64,000 bases of DNA, from assembly GCA_036507075.1 (NCBI GenBank), contig DASXQR010000010.1, positions 26,485 through 90,484 on the forward strand, in the 5' to 3' direction. Under the pieces are notes generated by a model that was not told the DNA's origin, searched no databases, and saw only the letters and a list, made by a program, of their open reading frames with translations. This document shows, in pieces, positions 16,389-25,954 of the stretch. The DNA comes from Acidobacteriota bacterium (GTDB lineage Bacteria; Acidobacteriota; UBA6911; JACQSX01). The position numbers and the translations under genes were made by a program. The stretch's first letter is position 1, and each line of letters starts with the position of its first letter.

Positions 16389-16648
16389 TGCTCGGGCTGC
16401 TGATTCGACTAATCCTGATCCTTTTTATTCTTTACTTCATCCGCAAGGCGCTGCGAAGCCTGATGGGCGCGAGCACCGGGTCGCGCATGCCGCGCCAGAA
16501 TCGGGCTCGCGAGATCCGGGGAACGATGATGAAAGACCCGGTCTGCGGCACATACGTTGATACTCAAGCCTCGATTCGCGTCAACAGGAACGGTAAAGAT
16601 TTTTATTTTTGCTCGGAAGCCTGCAGGCGTCAGTTCGCGGCCAATTGA
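16388..16648 (+). CDS. YHS/TRASH-domain membrane protein
   Basis: N-terminal TM helix and a C-terminal DPVCGTYVD...GKDFYFCSEACRRQF metal-binding YHS motif. Start overlaps the upstream stop (ATGA). Confidence 0.7.
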   Translation: MLGLLIRLILILFILYFIRKALRSLMGASTGSRMPRQNRAREIRGTMMKDPVCGTYVDTQASIRVNRNGKDFYFCSEACRRQFAAN

Positions 16649-16665
16649 TTACCGGCAAGCTGGCC

Positions 16666-16714
16666 GGGAAAAAGGGGACAGTCCCCAATTGGAAAAAGGG
16701 GACAGTCCCCAATT
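16666..16714. repeat. Two tandem copies of a 24-bp palindromic unit (GAAAAAGGGGACAGTCCCCAATT)
   Basis: Exact duplication. The core GGGGAC-A-GTCCCC is a perfect palindrome. Confidence 0.6.
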
Positions 16715-16784
16715 AGTCTGCTCTTGTGCGTTCCTGGCGGCCTTGGCGGTTAAGGTTTTTGAATAATCCGCGCAAAAACCATTC

Positions 16785-17651
16785 GTGGCCAAAAAGAAAA
16801 TCCGCACCATAGGCATTGTCGCGAAGCTGAAACCCGAAATCGGCGATATCGTCGCCGCTGTCGTCCAATGGTGCCGCGAAAAAGGAATCAAGTTTTTTGT
16901 TGATTCCGAGTCGGCTGCGTTCCTTCCTTTCGAAGTCCCTGCCCTGCCCCGCGACCGACTTCCCTTCCGAACCGAGGTCATCGTGGTCCTGGGCGGCGAT
17001 GGCACGATCCTAGCGGCGGCGCGATCGCTCAAGAACAGCGGCACTCCCATGCTGGCAGTCAATGTCGGATCCCTCGGCTTCCTGACCGAAGTGAAACTGC
17101 AGGAGCTTTATCCGACGCTGGAGCGAGTGATCGAGAACAAGTTTTTTGTCGATGTTCGCTACATGATCGACGCACTGGTGAAACGGAAGCGAAAAGTTGT
17201 GGCAAAGTACACTGCCTTGAATGACGCAGTAATCAACAAAGGAGCGCTGGCGCGAATTATCCAGTTTGAGGCCTTCAGCAACCAGGACCAGATCGGCACC
17301 TTTCTGGCGGACGGTCTGATCATCGCCACACCAACGGGATCGACGGCATACTCGCTCTCGGCGGGTGGGCCTGTGGTGTTCCCCAACATGGAATGCCTGG
17401 TTCTTACTCCGATCTGCCCGCACACGCTGACCAACCGCCCGCTGGTGATTCCGCTCGACACAACAGTTCGCGTTGTCCTGACGCAGGGAGAAGAAGTCAT
17501 GCTGACTGTTGACGGCCAGGTCGGAACCCGTCTCCAGTTGCACGATGAAGTGGTTGTTTCCCGTTCTCGCAGCACGGTGAAACTGATTCATCCCGCCAAC
17601 AAAAACTACTTCGACGTGCTGCGCGAAAAGCTCAAATGGGGAGAGCGGTAG
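16785..17651 (+). CDS. nadK: NAD(+) kinase
   Basis: ..VVLGGDGTIL.. (GGDG motif), ..NVGSLGFLTE.., and ..GLIIATPTGSTAYSLSAGGP.. are conserved NadK motifs. Confidence 0.93.
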   Translation: MAKKKIRTIGIVAKLKPEIGDIVAAVVQWCREKGIKFFVDSESAAFLPFEVPALPRDRLPFRTEVIVVLGGDGTILAAARSLKNSGTPMLAVNVGSLGFLTEVKLQELYPTLERVIENKFFVDVRYMIDALVKRKRKVVAKYTALNDAVINKGALARIIQFEAFSNQDQIGTFLADGLIIATPTGSTAYSLSAGGPVVFPNMECLVLTPICPHTLTNRPLVIPLDTTVRVVLTQGEEVMLTVDGQVGTRLQLHDEVVVSRSRSTVKLIHPANKNYFDVLREKLKWGER

Positions 17652-17679
17652 GTAGCAAGCCGGAACATCCAAGAAAACT

Positions 17680-17853
17680 TTAACCGCCAAGATCGCCAAG
17701 AACGCTAAGAATGGCGCAAAGGACGGGGGCTGAAACTTGAAGGATGAAGGCCATAAAAGCCGTGTCACGCAGCGGTACTGTGCCTTCATCCTTCAAGTTT
17801 CAGCCCCCGTCCTTTGCGCTCTCTTGGCGCTCTTGGCGATCTTGGCGGTTAAG
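17680..17853. repeat. Palindromic MITE-like element family C (TTAACCGCCAAGATCGCCAAGAACGCTAAGA..GGACGGGGGCTGAAACTTGAAGGATGAAGGC ... mirror image)
   Basis: ~65-bp arms form a near-perfect inverted repeat around a ~40-bp loop. A second copy lies at 25745-25914 and a partial arm at 16725-16760. It sits between convergent nadK and the DHS-like gene. Confidence 0.7.
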
Positions 17854-18940
17854 TTTTCTTGGCCGCATTCTCATACTCCTGTTGCAACTGCTCCATCAGA
17901 CTGTCGAGTTTCTCCAGGAGTCGTTTCGGCTGCCTTGGTTTCCGTTTGTTGAGGGCGTAGGCGGCCATCAGCGGGAGCGCGATGGTGCAGTCCAGATAAC
18001 AGACGACCGCGTCGGGCAGCCGATCGGGATCAATCTTCCCCCAGCTCACCGCTTCTCCCGGGGTCGCTCCCGACAGACCTCCCGTGTCCGCGCGGGCGTC
18101 GGTCACCTGTAGGAAGTAATCATGTCCCTTCTCTTCAATTCCAAGAACCTCCTGAATCTGAGGCTCAGTTTGCAATACGAAATTCTTGGGCGAACCACCG
18201 CCCAGAATGACTACGGCGCTTTTTCCACCGGAACGCTTCGCTCCCAGCACGATCGCCGCCGTCTGATTTACGTCGCGGTTGACATCGAACACGAGCTTGT
18301 TACCGCTGAGAGCTTTCGCAGCCACGTTCATGCCGATTGAGCTGTCACCCGGCGATGAGGTAAAGATCGGAACCGCGTGCGTGTAAGCTGCAGACAAAAG
18401 GGAGCGGCGGTCCAGTTTGAGCATCCGCTCGCGTTCCGCCATGTAGCGGCCGATCCGATGATGAAATTCAGCCGTGCTCATGGAAGACTGAAACTCCGGG
18501 GCTGAAATCACTTCACGGTAGAAGGCGTCGGTGGACAGCAGCACGTCATATTCGAAAAAGATGTCATAAATTCGGACTACCCCTTCTTCACGCAGCACCA
18601 CGTCGCTCACGTTAGGAGTTCCGCGATGCATTTTCAGCCCGATGCCGAAGTGCGTGTCATGGTACAGATTGGCGCCCGTGCTTACAATCCAGTCTATGAA
18701 GCCCGCCTCAATCATCGGAATCAACGCGCTCCGCCCCAAGCCTGCGGGAGTAAGGGCCCCTGTGATGCCGACACCTACGGTCACGTCCGCCTCCAGCATC
18801 TTTTCGGCAAACAGATGGCATGCCTCGCGGAGCCGTGCCGCGTTGTAAGCCAGAAATGTCTGATCAATGAGCTCGACCAGAGACGTATCACCGCGGATGA
18901 TCAGCGGATCAATGGGCTTGCCTGTCAGGTATTTGCTCAT
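17849..18940 (-). CDS. Deoxyhypusine synthase family protein (homospermidine-synthase-like)
   Basis: ..[14 protein letters not shown].. / ..VFDVNRD.. / ..[10 protein letters not shown].. / ..[13 protein letters not shown].. are conserved DHS-like motifs, including the active-site Lys region. RBS GGAGGA is upstream of the trimmed start (MSKYLTG). Confidence 0.88.
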   Translation of the reverse strand: MSKYLTGKPIDPLIIRGDTSLVELIDQTFLAYNAARLREACHLFAEKMLEADVTVGVGITGALTPAGLGRSALIPMIEAGFIDWIVSTGANLYHDTHFGIGLKMHRGTPNVSDVVLREEGVVRIYDIFFEYDVLLSTDAFYREVISAPEFQSSMSTAEFHHRIGRYMAERERMLKLDRRSLLSAAYTHAVPIFTSSPGDSSIGMNVAAKALSGNKLVFDVNRDVNQTAAIVLGAKRSGGKSAVVILGGGSPKNFVLQTEPQIQEVLGIEEKGHDYFLQVTDARADTGGLSGATPGEAVSWGKIDPDRLPDAVVCYLDCTIALPLMAAYALNKRKPRQPKRLLEKLDSLMEQLQQEYENAAKKT

Positions 18941-19748
18941 GATAAGGGAGTCCTCCAAGTTCCGAGCCGCCGGCGCTGCGGTGCAATCATATCTTGAACA
19001 GCTCGAATGTGGTGATCCCACCGGCAACGCATAAAAAATCCGAAAAAGCCGGGACCACGAAGGCGCGAAAGCGCGAAATGAGTCAGATCCCTTGGCTACC
19101 AAAAGGGACTGAGTATCGAAATGTTTGCGGTTCGGGTCATGCAGGAAGACTGGAACAATTTTCGATTTCGCGGCTTCGCGCCTTCGCGGTGGGTTTCTTC
19201 ATACCTTTCAAGCCCAATGGAGCTTGAGACACTGCTTGCATGTATACTGTCCTTCTGAGGGCCTCATTCAGGCCGCCTTGAATGAAAAGAATACGGTTCT
19301 GGGAACCGACAGGAAGATTGCGGCGCAAGCTGCTGGTGCTTGTGTTGACATCTTTCTTTGTGTCGGTTTTGACTGCAGAGTGTGTCCATCTCATCGACGA
19401 AACGATCGATCACGCCAGAGGTCACGCTTCAAGCGGCAGGCAGGGACCTGGCGGAGACTGGTCGCACCGCTGCCACAGTTGCCCCACCTCTCAGCCCCAG
19501 AGTCAGGGTCCGACACTGGATTTTCACATCGGGCTCAGCCCGACGCCTCTCGAACGCCCCACAAACAATGGGGGTCGTGGCTCCCTCTCTCTTGTAAGGC
19601 TTCCCGCCAAGCGCGCACCGCCCGTTTCAGTCTGACGTATCCTGAGTGCAGGACAACGACAACGCGTCCTGCTTAATCCATGCCGACTCTTCGGGCCATA
19701 CCAGGCGCCGGATGAAGTCGGCTCCTGAGTTTTCATTGGAGAAGCCGT

Positions 19749-21149
19749 ATGTATCGTGTCAGACAGAAATTGGCATTTGCCATCATTTTCTTCTCTTCTC
19801 AGATGGTGTGGAGTCCAGCGGCGCCAGCCGGTCAGCAGCCGGCCGAGCCGCGGAAGAATGAAGCACGACAAGATTTGACCCCTTCAGACGCCGCCGCTTT
19901 GAATGTGATACGCACCCAGATAGAGGCAATGAAGGCGGATTACGAAAAACGCATCAAGGACCTGGAGGACCAACTCGCACAGCTCCAATCCCGCCTGTCA
20001 CAGCAACCGGCAAGCGGCGAAATGGTGCAGGAGCCGCAGGCCCCGCAACCCGTGGTGCAGTCGATTCCCGGCGCGCTCAATCCCGCCATTTCTGTGATCG
20101 GGAATTTCGTGGGGAGAGGCGACACTCAAAAAGTGTTCAACGAAGACGGGGACCGCCTCGACAATAAAATGAACCTGCGGGAAGGCGAAATCGACATGAG
20201 AGTGCCGATCGATCCTTACGCGGATGGAGTATTGATCACGTCTTTGGAATCGGAAACTCCCGGAGCCTTTTCCGTCGACGCTGAAGAAGCCTACGTGAAC
20301 ATAAAAAAGCTCCCGTTCCTGGACCGCACACCACTGGGGCTGAGATTGAAGGTGGGCCGTTTTCGACCTGCGTTCGGCAAGATAAACATCCTGCACACGC
20401 ACGATCTTCCGCAGAGCTTTCGCCCGTTGCCGGTTGAAGAATTCATGGGTCCCAAAGGATTCAATCAGAACGGCATCTCGGCGAGTTTCTTCATTCCAAC
20501 GCCATGGGACGCCAATTCCACGTTGGATGCAACAGTAGAATTCCTGGGCGGCGGCGACGTGGCCATCTCTCCGCAAAAGCAAGCGCGAAATGCCTACCTG
20601 GCGCACCTGCGATGGTTCCGGACCGCCCGCGACACACACAATTTTGAGCTCGGCCTTTCCAGCTACTATCACCCCCGAGGCAATGACATCCGTTCCGCCA
20701 ATTTTAATGGCGTCGATTTTCTCTATCGCTGGAAGCCTTTGCGCCAGGGCGAATGGAAGTCATTCCTGCTGGGCGGTGAAATGATGTTTGCCGGTCGCGC
20801 TTACCCCGATGCGGGAGAACCGCCGGAGGTTGCCCGACTTTCCGATGAGATCCAGCCCGGATCCGGCAAGCCGTTCGGCTACACGGCATTCACTCAGTAT
20901 CAGTTCGACCGACGGAAATACGCCGGTATTCGGTGGGACCAGACCACCGCGCTTGTGAACCCCGGCTTGCGTCGCCGTGGGTTAACGCCGTACTTCTCAT
21001 ATTATTTCAGCGAGTTCCTGCGTTTCCGGCTGAACTACGAGCACCGCTGGAGCGATTTCTCGACCGAGGACCGCCGAAACTCGGTATTTCTTGAGTTGAA
21101 CTGGGTTTTCGGCGCCCATCCGCCCGAGCCGTTTTGGGTAAACAAATGA
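19749..21149 (+). CDS. Outer-membrane protein: signal peptide, N-terminal coiled coil, probable C-terminal beta-barrel (porin-like). First gene of a metal-uptake locus.
   Basis: Signal peptide, then a heptad-like IEAMKADYEKRIKDLEDQLAQLQSRL. The C-terminus has alternating hydrophobic beta-strand patterns ending ..NWVF. Confidence 0.55.
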   Translation: MYRVRQKLAFAIIFFSSQMVWSPAAPAGQQPAEPRKNEARQDLTPSDAAALNVIRTQIEAMKADYEKRIKDLEDQLAQLQSRLSQQPASGEMVQEPQAPQPVVQSIPGALNPAISVIGNFVGRGDTQKVFNEDGDRLDNKMNLREGEIDMRVPIDPYADGVLITSLESETPGAFSVDAEEAYVNIKKLPFLDRTPLGLRLKVGRFRPAFGKINILHTHDLPQSFRPLPVEEFMGPKGFNQNGISASFFIPTPWDANSTLDATVEFLGGGDVAISPQKQARNAYLAHLRWFRTARDTHNFELGLSSYYHPRGNDIRSANFNGVDFLYRWKPLRQGEWKSFLLGGEMMFAGRAYPDAGEPPEVARLSDEIQPGSGKPFGYTAFTQYQFDRRKYAGIRWDQTTALVNPGLRRRGLTPYFSYYFSEFLRFRLNYEHRWSDFSTEDRRNSVFLELNWVFGAHPPEPFWVNK

Positions 21150-21194
21150 TCCCAAACAACATTTTTCGTTTGTAAACATCGGAACGCTTATCAG

Positions 21195-22223
21195 GTGGTG
21201 CATATGAAATTTTTTAGATACGGCTTGGTTTTGTTCCTTTCTGTTCTCAATTCAGGACCGGCATTCGGGGCGGCGCAAAAAGTGCGTGTGGTATGTACTC
21301 TTCCAACCCTGCGGGCACTGACCGAGGAAGTAGGGGGTAATCGCGTCGATGTGATCAGCCTTGCAAAGGGAGATCAGGATCCGCACTTTGTCACTCCTAC
21401 CCCGGTTTTGATGAAAAAGACCCGGGAAGCGGATCTGTTCCTTGAAAACGGATTCTCGCTCGAATTATGGGCCGATGAGGTGGTCAACGGTTCCGGAAAT
21501 TCGAAGATCTTTCGGGGTACGCCGGGTCGGATTATCGCCGGAAGGAGGATTTCGGCACTCGAAATTCCGTCCGTCATCTCCCGCGAGCTGGGTGACATCC
21601 ATCCGCAGGGAAATCCACATGTCTGGCTCGATCCATTGCTGGCGAAAGTGGAAGCGGAAAACATCGCCGAGGCTCTCAAGTCAGCCGATCCGGCAGGGGC
21701 GAGCTATTATGACTCGCGGCTCGCCGATTTTGAAAGACGGATTGACCTGGCTCTATTTGGGTCGGAGCTTCTCAAGTCGGTGGGAATACAAAAACTCACT
21801 CGACTGGCGATGAGCGGCGAGCTGCATCGTTTCCTGGAGTCCAACAAGCTTACCGGCCAGGCCGGGGGCTGGCTGAAAGCTGCCGAACCTCTTCGAGGAA
21901 AGAAAGCGTACGAGTTCCACAAGGTATGGGTCTATTTCGCCCGTACTTTTGGCCTGCAGTTGGCCGGCACGATCGAAGAGCGGCCGGGGATCCCTCCGGG
22001 ACCGCAACACGTTCGGCAAGTGACCGAAAGAATAAAAGCGGAAAAGATCCCGCTTATTCTGGTGGATAATTTTTACGACGCCGCGCTGCCGCGAAACATC
22101 GCACGGCAAACAGGAGCAAGCGTTGTGGTGCTTCCCAATCAGGTGGATGGCGAGCCGGGGATCAAGACCTACTTTGATCTGATCGACCATATAATTCAGA
22201 AGATCGCGGCGGCGGTTAAGTAG
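21195..22223 (+). CDS. Metal (Zn/Mn) ABC transporter substrate-binding protein, ZnuA/TroA family
   Basis: Signal peptide. ..VVCTLPTLRALTEEVGG..VDVISLAKGDQDPHFV.P.. and ..DPHVWLDP.. are hallmark cluster-9 SBP motifs. Confidence 0.85.
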   Translation: MVHMKFFRYGLVLFLSVLNSGPAFGAAQKVRVVCTLPTLRALTEEVGGNRVDVISLAKGDQDPHFVTPTPVLMKKTREADLFLENGFSLELWADEVVNGSGNSKIFRGTPGRIIAGRRISALEIPSVISRELGDIHPQGNPHVWLDPLLAKVEAENIAEALKSADPAGASYYDSRLADFERRIDLALFGSELLKSVGIQKLTRLAMSGELHRFLESNKLTGQAGGWLKAAEPLRGKKAYEFHKVWVYFARTFGLQLAGTIEERPGIPPGPQHVRQVTERIKAEKIPLILVDNFYDAALPRNIARQTGASVVVLPNQVDGEPGIKTYFDLIDHIIQKIAAAVK

Positions 22224-22229
22224 AAAGTT

Positions 22230-22722
22230 TGCGAGTTGCGGGTTTGCGGGTTGCGGGTTTGCGCGTTGCGGGTTTGCGCGTTTGCGGGTTTGCGCGTTGC
22301 GGGTTTGCGCGTTTGCGCGTTTGCGGGTTTGCGGGTTGCGGGTTGCGGGTTTGCGGGTTACCGGGTTGCGGGTTTGCGCGTTTGCGGATTTGCGGGTTTG
22401 CGGGTTACCGGGTTGCGGGTTTGCGCGTTGCGGGTTTGCGCGTTGCGGGTTTACGGGTTGCGAGTTTGTGGGTTGCGGGGTTTGCGGGCTCAAACGATTC
22501 AGAGCCAGTCGCCGGTTGAAAAGCAGAGATTAAAAATTATTAAAAATTAAAAATTCCGAAAATTTCGAATTTTCAATTTTGAACCCGAACCTAAAGCGAA
22601 ACCCGAAACCTCATAATCCGGAAACCCACAACGTGGAACCCGTAACCCGTAAACTCGTAACCCGGAAACCCATAACCCGTAGACCTGGAACCCGTAACCC
22701 GGAAACCCGTAACTTGTAACTC
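22230..22722. repeat. ~490-bp inverted microsatellite: (GCGGGTT/GCGCGTT)n over ~270 bp, an AT-rich loop, then the complementary (AACCCGY/AACCCGTA)n array
   Basis: Heptamer periodicity is directly visible. The second half is the reverse complement of the first, giving a giant potential hairpin between the metal-binding-protein gene and the permease gene. Confidence 0.9.
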
Positions 22723-22742
22723 AAGCTGTAGCGCGAGGGCGC

Positions 22743-24194
22743 ATGCTCAGTTTTTCAGAACTAGCCTGGATGGTGACGCCGTTTCTGGCGTGTCTGGTGC
22801 TGTCCATCAACCATGTATATCTCGGTATTCACGTAATTGCCAGGAAGGTAATCTTCGTCGATCTGGCGCTGGCTCAAATCGCGGCTCTGGGCGCCACCTA
22901 CGCCATTACGCTTGGATATGATGCCCGCGAAGACGCGCTTAGAGTTTCGCTCTTTTCCCTTGCCTTCACGTTTGCGGGGGCGGGCGCATTCGCCATCGCC
23001 CGCATGCGCAAGGAAAGAGTTCCACAGGAAGCATTCATCGGAATCATTTATGCCGCAGCCTCCGCAGCAGCGATACTGATCCTTTCCAAATCCACCACCG
23101 GCGGTGAAGAACTCAAGCACATGCTGGTCGGCGATGTCCTGCTGGTGACAAACAAAGAAGTGCTTGAGATGGCTCTGCTGTACGCGGCTATCGGACTGTT
23201 TCACGTGATCTTCCGCCGGCAGTTCCTCACTATTTCTCTCGACCCCGAGACTGCGGAGAGGAAGCTCAATATTCGATTCTGGGACATCCTGTTCTATATG
23301 TCCTTTGGCGTGGTGATTACCAAGTCGGTAGCGATCGTCGGCGTGCTTCTGGTGTTCTCTTACCTGGTGGTGCCGGCCGTCATAGCCCAGATGTGGAGCA
23401 ATACGGTTCGCGGAAGACTTTTCCTGGGGTGGCTTGTGGCCATCGTTGCCAGCACCTTCGGCATTCTCTGGTCGTTCCGGGCTGATTATCCGACCGGCCC
23501 AGCCGTGGTTGTAATGCTCTTCCTGTTTCTGGTGCTTTCCGGCGTTATCTATTATCTGCAGCATGCGCCGTCGAAGCTGCGCGCCGCCGGCAACGTTGCC
23601 GCGATTTCACTGGCTGCCGTGCTCTTCTTTGCGGTTCTCTCTCATTTCCGCAAAACCGCTCCAGCGGAAGCCGGTCCGCGCCCGGGGGCGGTGGAGCTGT
23701 TGTTAAACGAGCTCAAGCACGATGATGAAGCGCGCCAACTGGACGGCATTCGCCATTTGGCGGAAATGCGCGATCCCCGCATTGTCCCGGCTCTGGAAAA
23801 TCTGTTAAAGCGCGCGCAGTCCGAGCAGGTCATCGAAGCCGCGGTGGATGCGCTGGCAAAGCAGGAAGATCCCCATGCCGCTCCGGCGCTGCGAGCGGCG
23901 GCACAAACTACTCATGACGATTTTCTGCAGCTTTCCATCGCAAGAGCCCAACTGGCGGTCGGGGACAAAGCGGGCTTTGAGACATTGATGCGGATTCTCA
24001 GCGGCCAGGGAGTAACCGTGGCGCGCCGGCAGGCCAACGAGTTAATCGAACGGTATGCCGGACGCTCATTCGGCTACAATGCCGACTATCCGGCGGCCCA
24101 GAATCGCGCAGCGCTGCAGCGAATCGAAGAATGGTGGAAAAGAGAAGGCAGCCGGCTGCGCTGGGACGCGAAAGCGAAGCGCTTCGTCGGCTAG
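22743..24194 (+). CDS. Metal ABC transporter permease (ZnuB/TroCD family) fused to a C-terminal HEAT-repeat domain
   Basis: N-terminal ~300 aa with 8-9 TM helices typical of ABC-3 permeases. The C-terminal ~170 aa carries PBS-lyase HEAT repeats (..RQLDGIRHLAEMRDPRIVPALENLL.. / ..AAVDALAKQEDPHAAPALRAA..). Confidence 0.8.
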   Translation: MLSFSELAWMVTPFLACLVLSINHVYLGIHVIARKVIFVDLALAQIAALGATYAITLGYDAREDALRVSLFSLAFTFAGAGAFAIARMRKERVPQEAFIGIIYAAASAAAILILSKSTTGGEELKHMLVGDVLLVTNKEVLEMALLYAAIGLFHVIFRRQFLTISLDPETAERKLNIRFWDILFYMSFGVVITKSVAIVGVLLVFSYLVVPAVIAQMWSNTVRGRLFLGWLVAIVASTFGILWSFRADYPTGPAVVVMLFLFLVLSGVIYYLQHAPSKLRAAGNVAAISLAAVLFFAVLSHFRKTAPAEAGPRPGAVELLLNELKHDDEARQLDGIRHLAEMRDPRIVPALENLLKRAQSEQVIEAAVDALAKQEDPHAAPALRAAAQTTHDDFLQLSIARAQLAVGDKAGFETLMRILSGQGVTVARRQANELIERYAGRSFGYNADYPAAQNRAALQRIEEWWKREGSRLRWDAKAKRFVG

Positions 24195-24224
24195 CGCTTG
24201 ATTCTGCAGGTTCGGCAAGGATTG

Positions 24225-24379
24225 TTCACCACAAAGGCACACAGAACACGAAGCAAGAGGCGGGGCGGGCAGAGACCGGTCAGCTTTAAAAACTCGTCGC
24301 TACGGGTCACCTTATTTTCGCTGACCGGTCTCTGCCCGCCCCGCGTCTTACTTTGTGCCCTTTGTGCCTTTGTGGTGAA
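24225..24379. repeat. 155-bp near-perfect palindrome (TTCACCACAAAGGCACA...GGGCGGGCAGAGACCGGTCAGC ... GCTGACCGGTCTCTGCCCGCCCC...TGTGCCTTTGTGGTGAA), a bidirectional-terminator-like hairpin
   Basis: Long inverted repeat between convergent genes (permease-HEAT on + and HAD hydrolase on -). Its arms carry the CACAAAG family motif. Confidence 0.65.
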
Positions 24380-24396
24380 AAGGCTTTTCCGAATTT

Positions 24397-25005
24397 TCAA
24401 ATGAGCACGCCACGCCTTCTAAACTCCGCAAGCAACTGTTCCTCGTTCTCGAAGCGGATGCTGAAAATCCCCATGCTGCGCGCCGCAACTAGGTTCTCCT
24501 CCAAATCATCCACGTAAACTGTCTCATCCGGTCTGGACGCGGCGCGCGCCATGGCTGCCTGGAAGATTTCCGGTTCCGGTTTCATCGCTCCCACTTCGAA
24601 AGAAAGAATGGCATCGTCAAATTCTCCCAGAACTGGATATCTTGTCCGCATAAAACCAAAATGCAGCGGGTTGGTATTGGACAACAGCATCAGTCGATAA
24701 CGTTCCTTCAGCGACCGCAGTGTCTCGGGTCTTACCAGCATTTCTTCATGGAAAATCGCGCTCCAGATATCCGCAAACTGCTGCGCCGTGATATCGCACA
24801 GTTTCAGGCGCGCGCAGATCTCATCAAAGAAATCCTCATTTTTCACTCTGCCGCTTTCAAAATCATTGATTCGCGGCCAGCCTCGAAGCAGGTCCACCAT
24901 TTCAGCAGTGGAGTACGAGGTTCTTCCCTGCAGGCCCTGCAGCGCTAAGCGGGGATCGAACTTGATCAGGACATTCCCGATGTCGAACAAAATCGTGCGG
25001 ATCAT
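24397..25005 (-). CDS. HAD-superfamily hydrolase (subfamily IA-like)
   Basis: ..ILFDIGNVL.. is the DxG/D-type motif I. ..LLSNTN.. and ..VDDLEEN.. resemble HAD motifs II and IV. Confidence 0.8.
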   Translation of the reverse strand: MIRTILFDIGNVLIKFDPRLALQGLQGRTSYSTAEMVDLLRGWPRINDFESGRVKNEDFFDEICARLKLCDITAQQFADIWSAIFHEEMLVRPETLRSLKERYRLMLLSNTNPLHFGFMRTRYPVLGEFDDAILSFEVGAMKPEPEIFQAAMARAASRPDETVYVDDLEENLVAARSMGIFSIRFENEEQLLAEFRRRGVLI

Positions 25006-25013
25006 GGAAGGTG

Positions 25014-25694
25014 TTATACCTGACCTTCGCGTGACGGAGCTGCGTTGCCGGTGAGTGAAAACTGAATGAAGGGGATGGCCAGGCCCGACAAAAGGCGCTG
25101 CAGGGCATCAAGCTGGGATTCGAAAAAATGGTCCGCGGGCAAAGTCACTTTCAAATTTGGAGCGCCCACCCATCCTCCCAGTTCCGATCGCTGAGCCGCG
25201 CTGCTGAAAGCGTCATTCTCGGCAAAAACCAAAACCGTCGGAAGCCGCAACTGCCGCAGAAAATCAAACGCATAATGCTCGGCCGGCGGGGCGATCAGCA
25301 CCAGGGCGGCGACAGCCTCGGAGCGGGCCACACTTGCTGCCACGAAGGAGCCAAAGGAGTAGCCGCACAGTACGATCTCGGTTTGCAGCGATCGCTTCCG
25401 GGCTTCGTGCAGCACGATTTTGAGGTCATCCTGCTCGCCCCTTCCCTCGTCAAATGAGCCGCTGCTCTGTCCTACACCCCGGAAATTGAAACGGATCACA
25501 TCAAAGCCGTTTTCAAAGAAAGCCTTTGAGGCGTGAAATACGACTTTGTTGTGCATTGTGCCGCCGTGCGTCGAGAGCGGATGGCAAATGACGACCATGC
25601 GACCCGCGGGCACAGGTTGATGCTTCCATTGCACCTCGAGCTTTCCGGAAGGCGAAGGTAAGAGCAAGCTCTCAATTTTTCCGAGATGAGACAT
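25014..25694 (-). CDS. Alpha/beta hydrolase
   Basis: ..VLCGYSFGS.. is a GxSxG nucleophile elbow. 226 aa with compact alpha/beta-fold pattern. Confidence 0.8.
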   Translation of the reverse strand: MSHLGKIESLLLPSPSGKLEVQWKHQPVPAGRMVVICHPLSTHGGTMHNKVVFHASKAFFENGFDVIRFNFRGVGQSSGSFDEGRGEQDDLKIVLHEARKRSLQTEIVLCGYSFGSFVAASVARSEAVAALVLIAPPAEHYAFDFLRQLRLPTVLVFAENDAFSSAAQRSELGGWVGAPNLKVTLPADHFFESQLDALQRLLSGLAIPFIQFSLTGNAAPSREGQV

Positions 25695-25744
25695 GTCACG
25701 TTACCGGTTTCCGGGCGCGCAAGCCTGGATTATTCACAAATCTC

Positions 25745-25914
25745 AACCGCCAAGAACGCTAACAGCGCTAAGAAAAGCGCCAAGGACGGGGGCTGAAACT
25801 TGAAGTATGAAGGCACCACGCATAGGCTTGACGCGGTTGATAACTTTCATACTTCAAGTTTCAGCCCCCGTCCTTGGCGCTCTCTTGGCGTTCTTGGTGT
25901 TCTTCGCGGTTAAG
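25745..25914. repeat. Palindromic MITE-like element family C, second copy
   Basis: Arms ..CCGCCAAGAACGCTAACAGCGCTAAGAAAAGCGCCAAGGACGGGGGCTGAAACTTGAAGTATGAAGGC.. and their mirror image. ~80% identical to 17680-17853. Confidence 0.7.
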
Positions 25915-25954
25915 ATTTGTGAATAATCCAGGTTTACGCGCCTGGCAGCCAATG

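Noticed and set aside
21150-21195. Candidate Zur box between the OMP and ZnuA-like genes (AAACAACATTTTTCGTTTGTAAACAT)
   Set aside because: It is AT-rich with partial dyad symmetry but does not form a clean palindrome matching a known Zur/Fur consensus. It is mentioned only as a lead.
22229-22550. ORFs translating to MRVAGLRVAGL... / MRVCGLRVCAL... on both strands
   Set aside because: They are translations of the heptamer microsatellite. They are repetitive low-complexity sequence with no start context.
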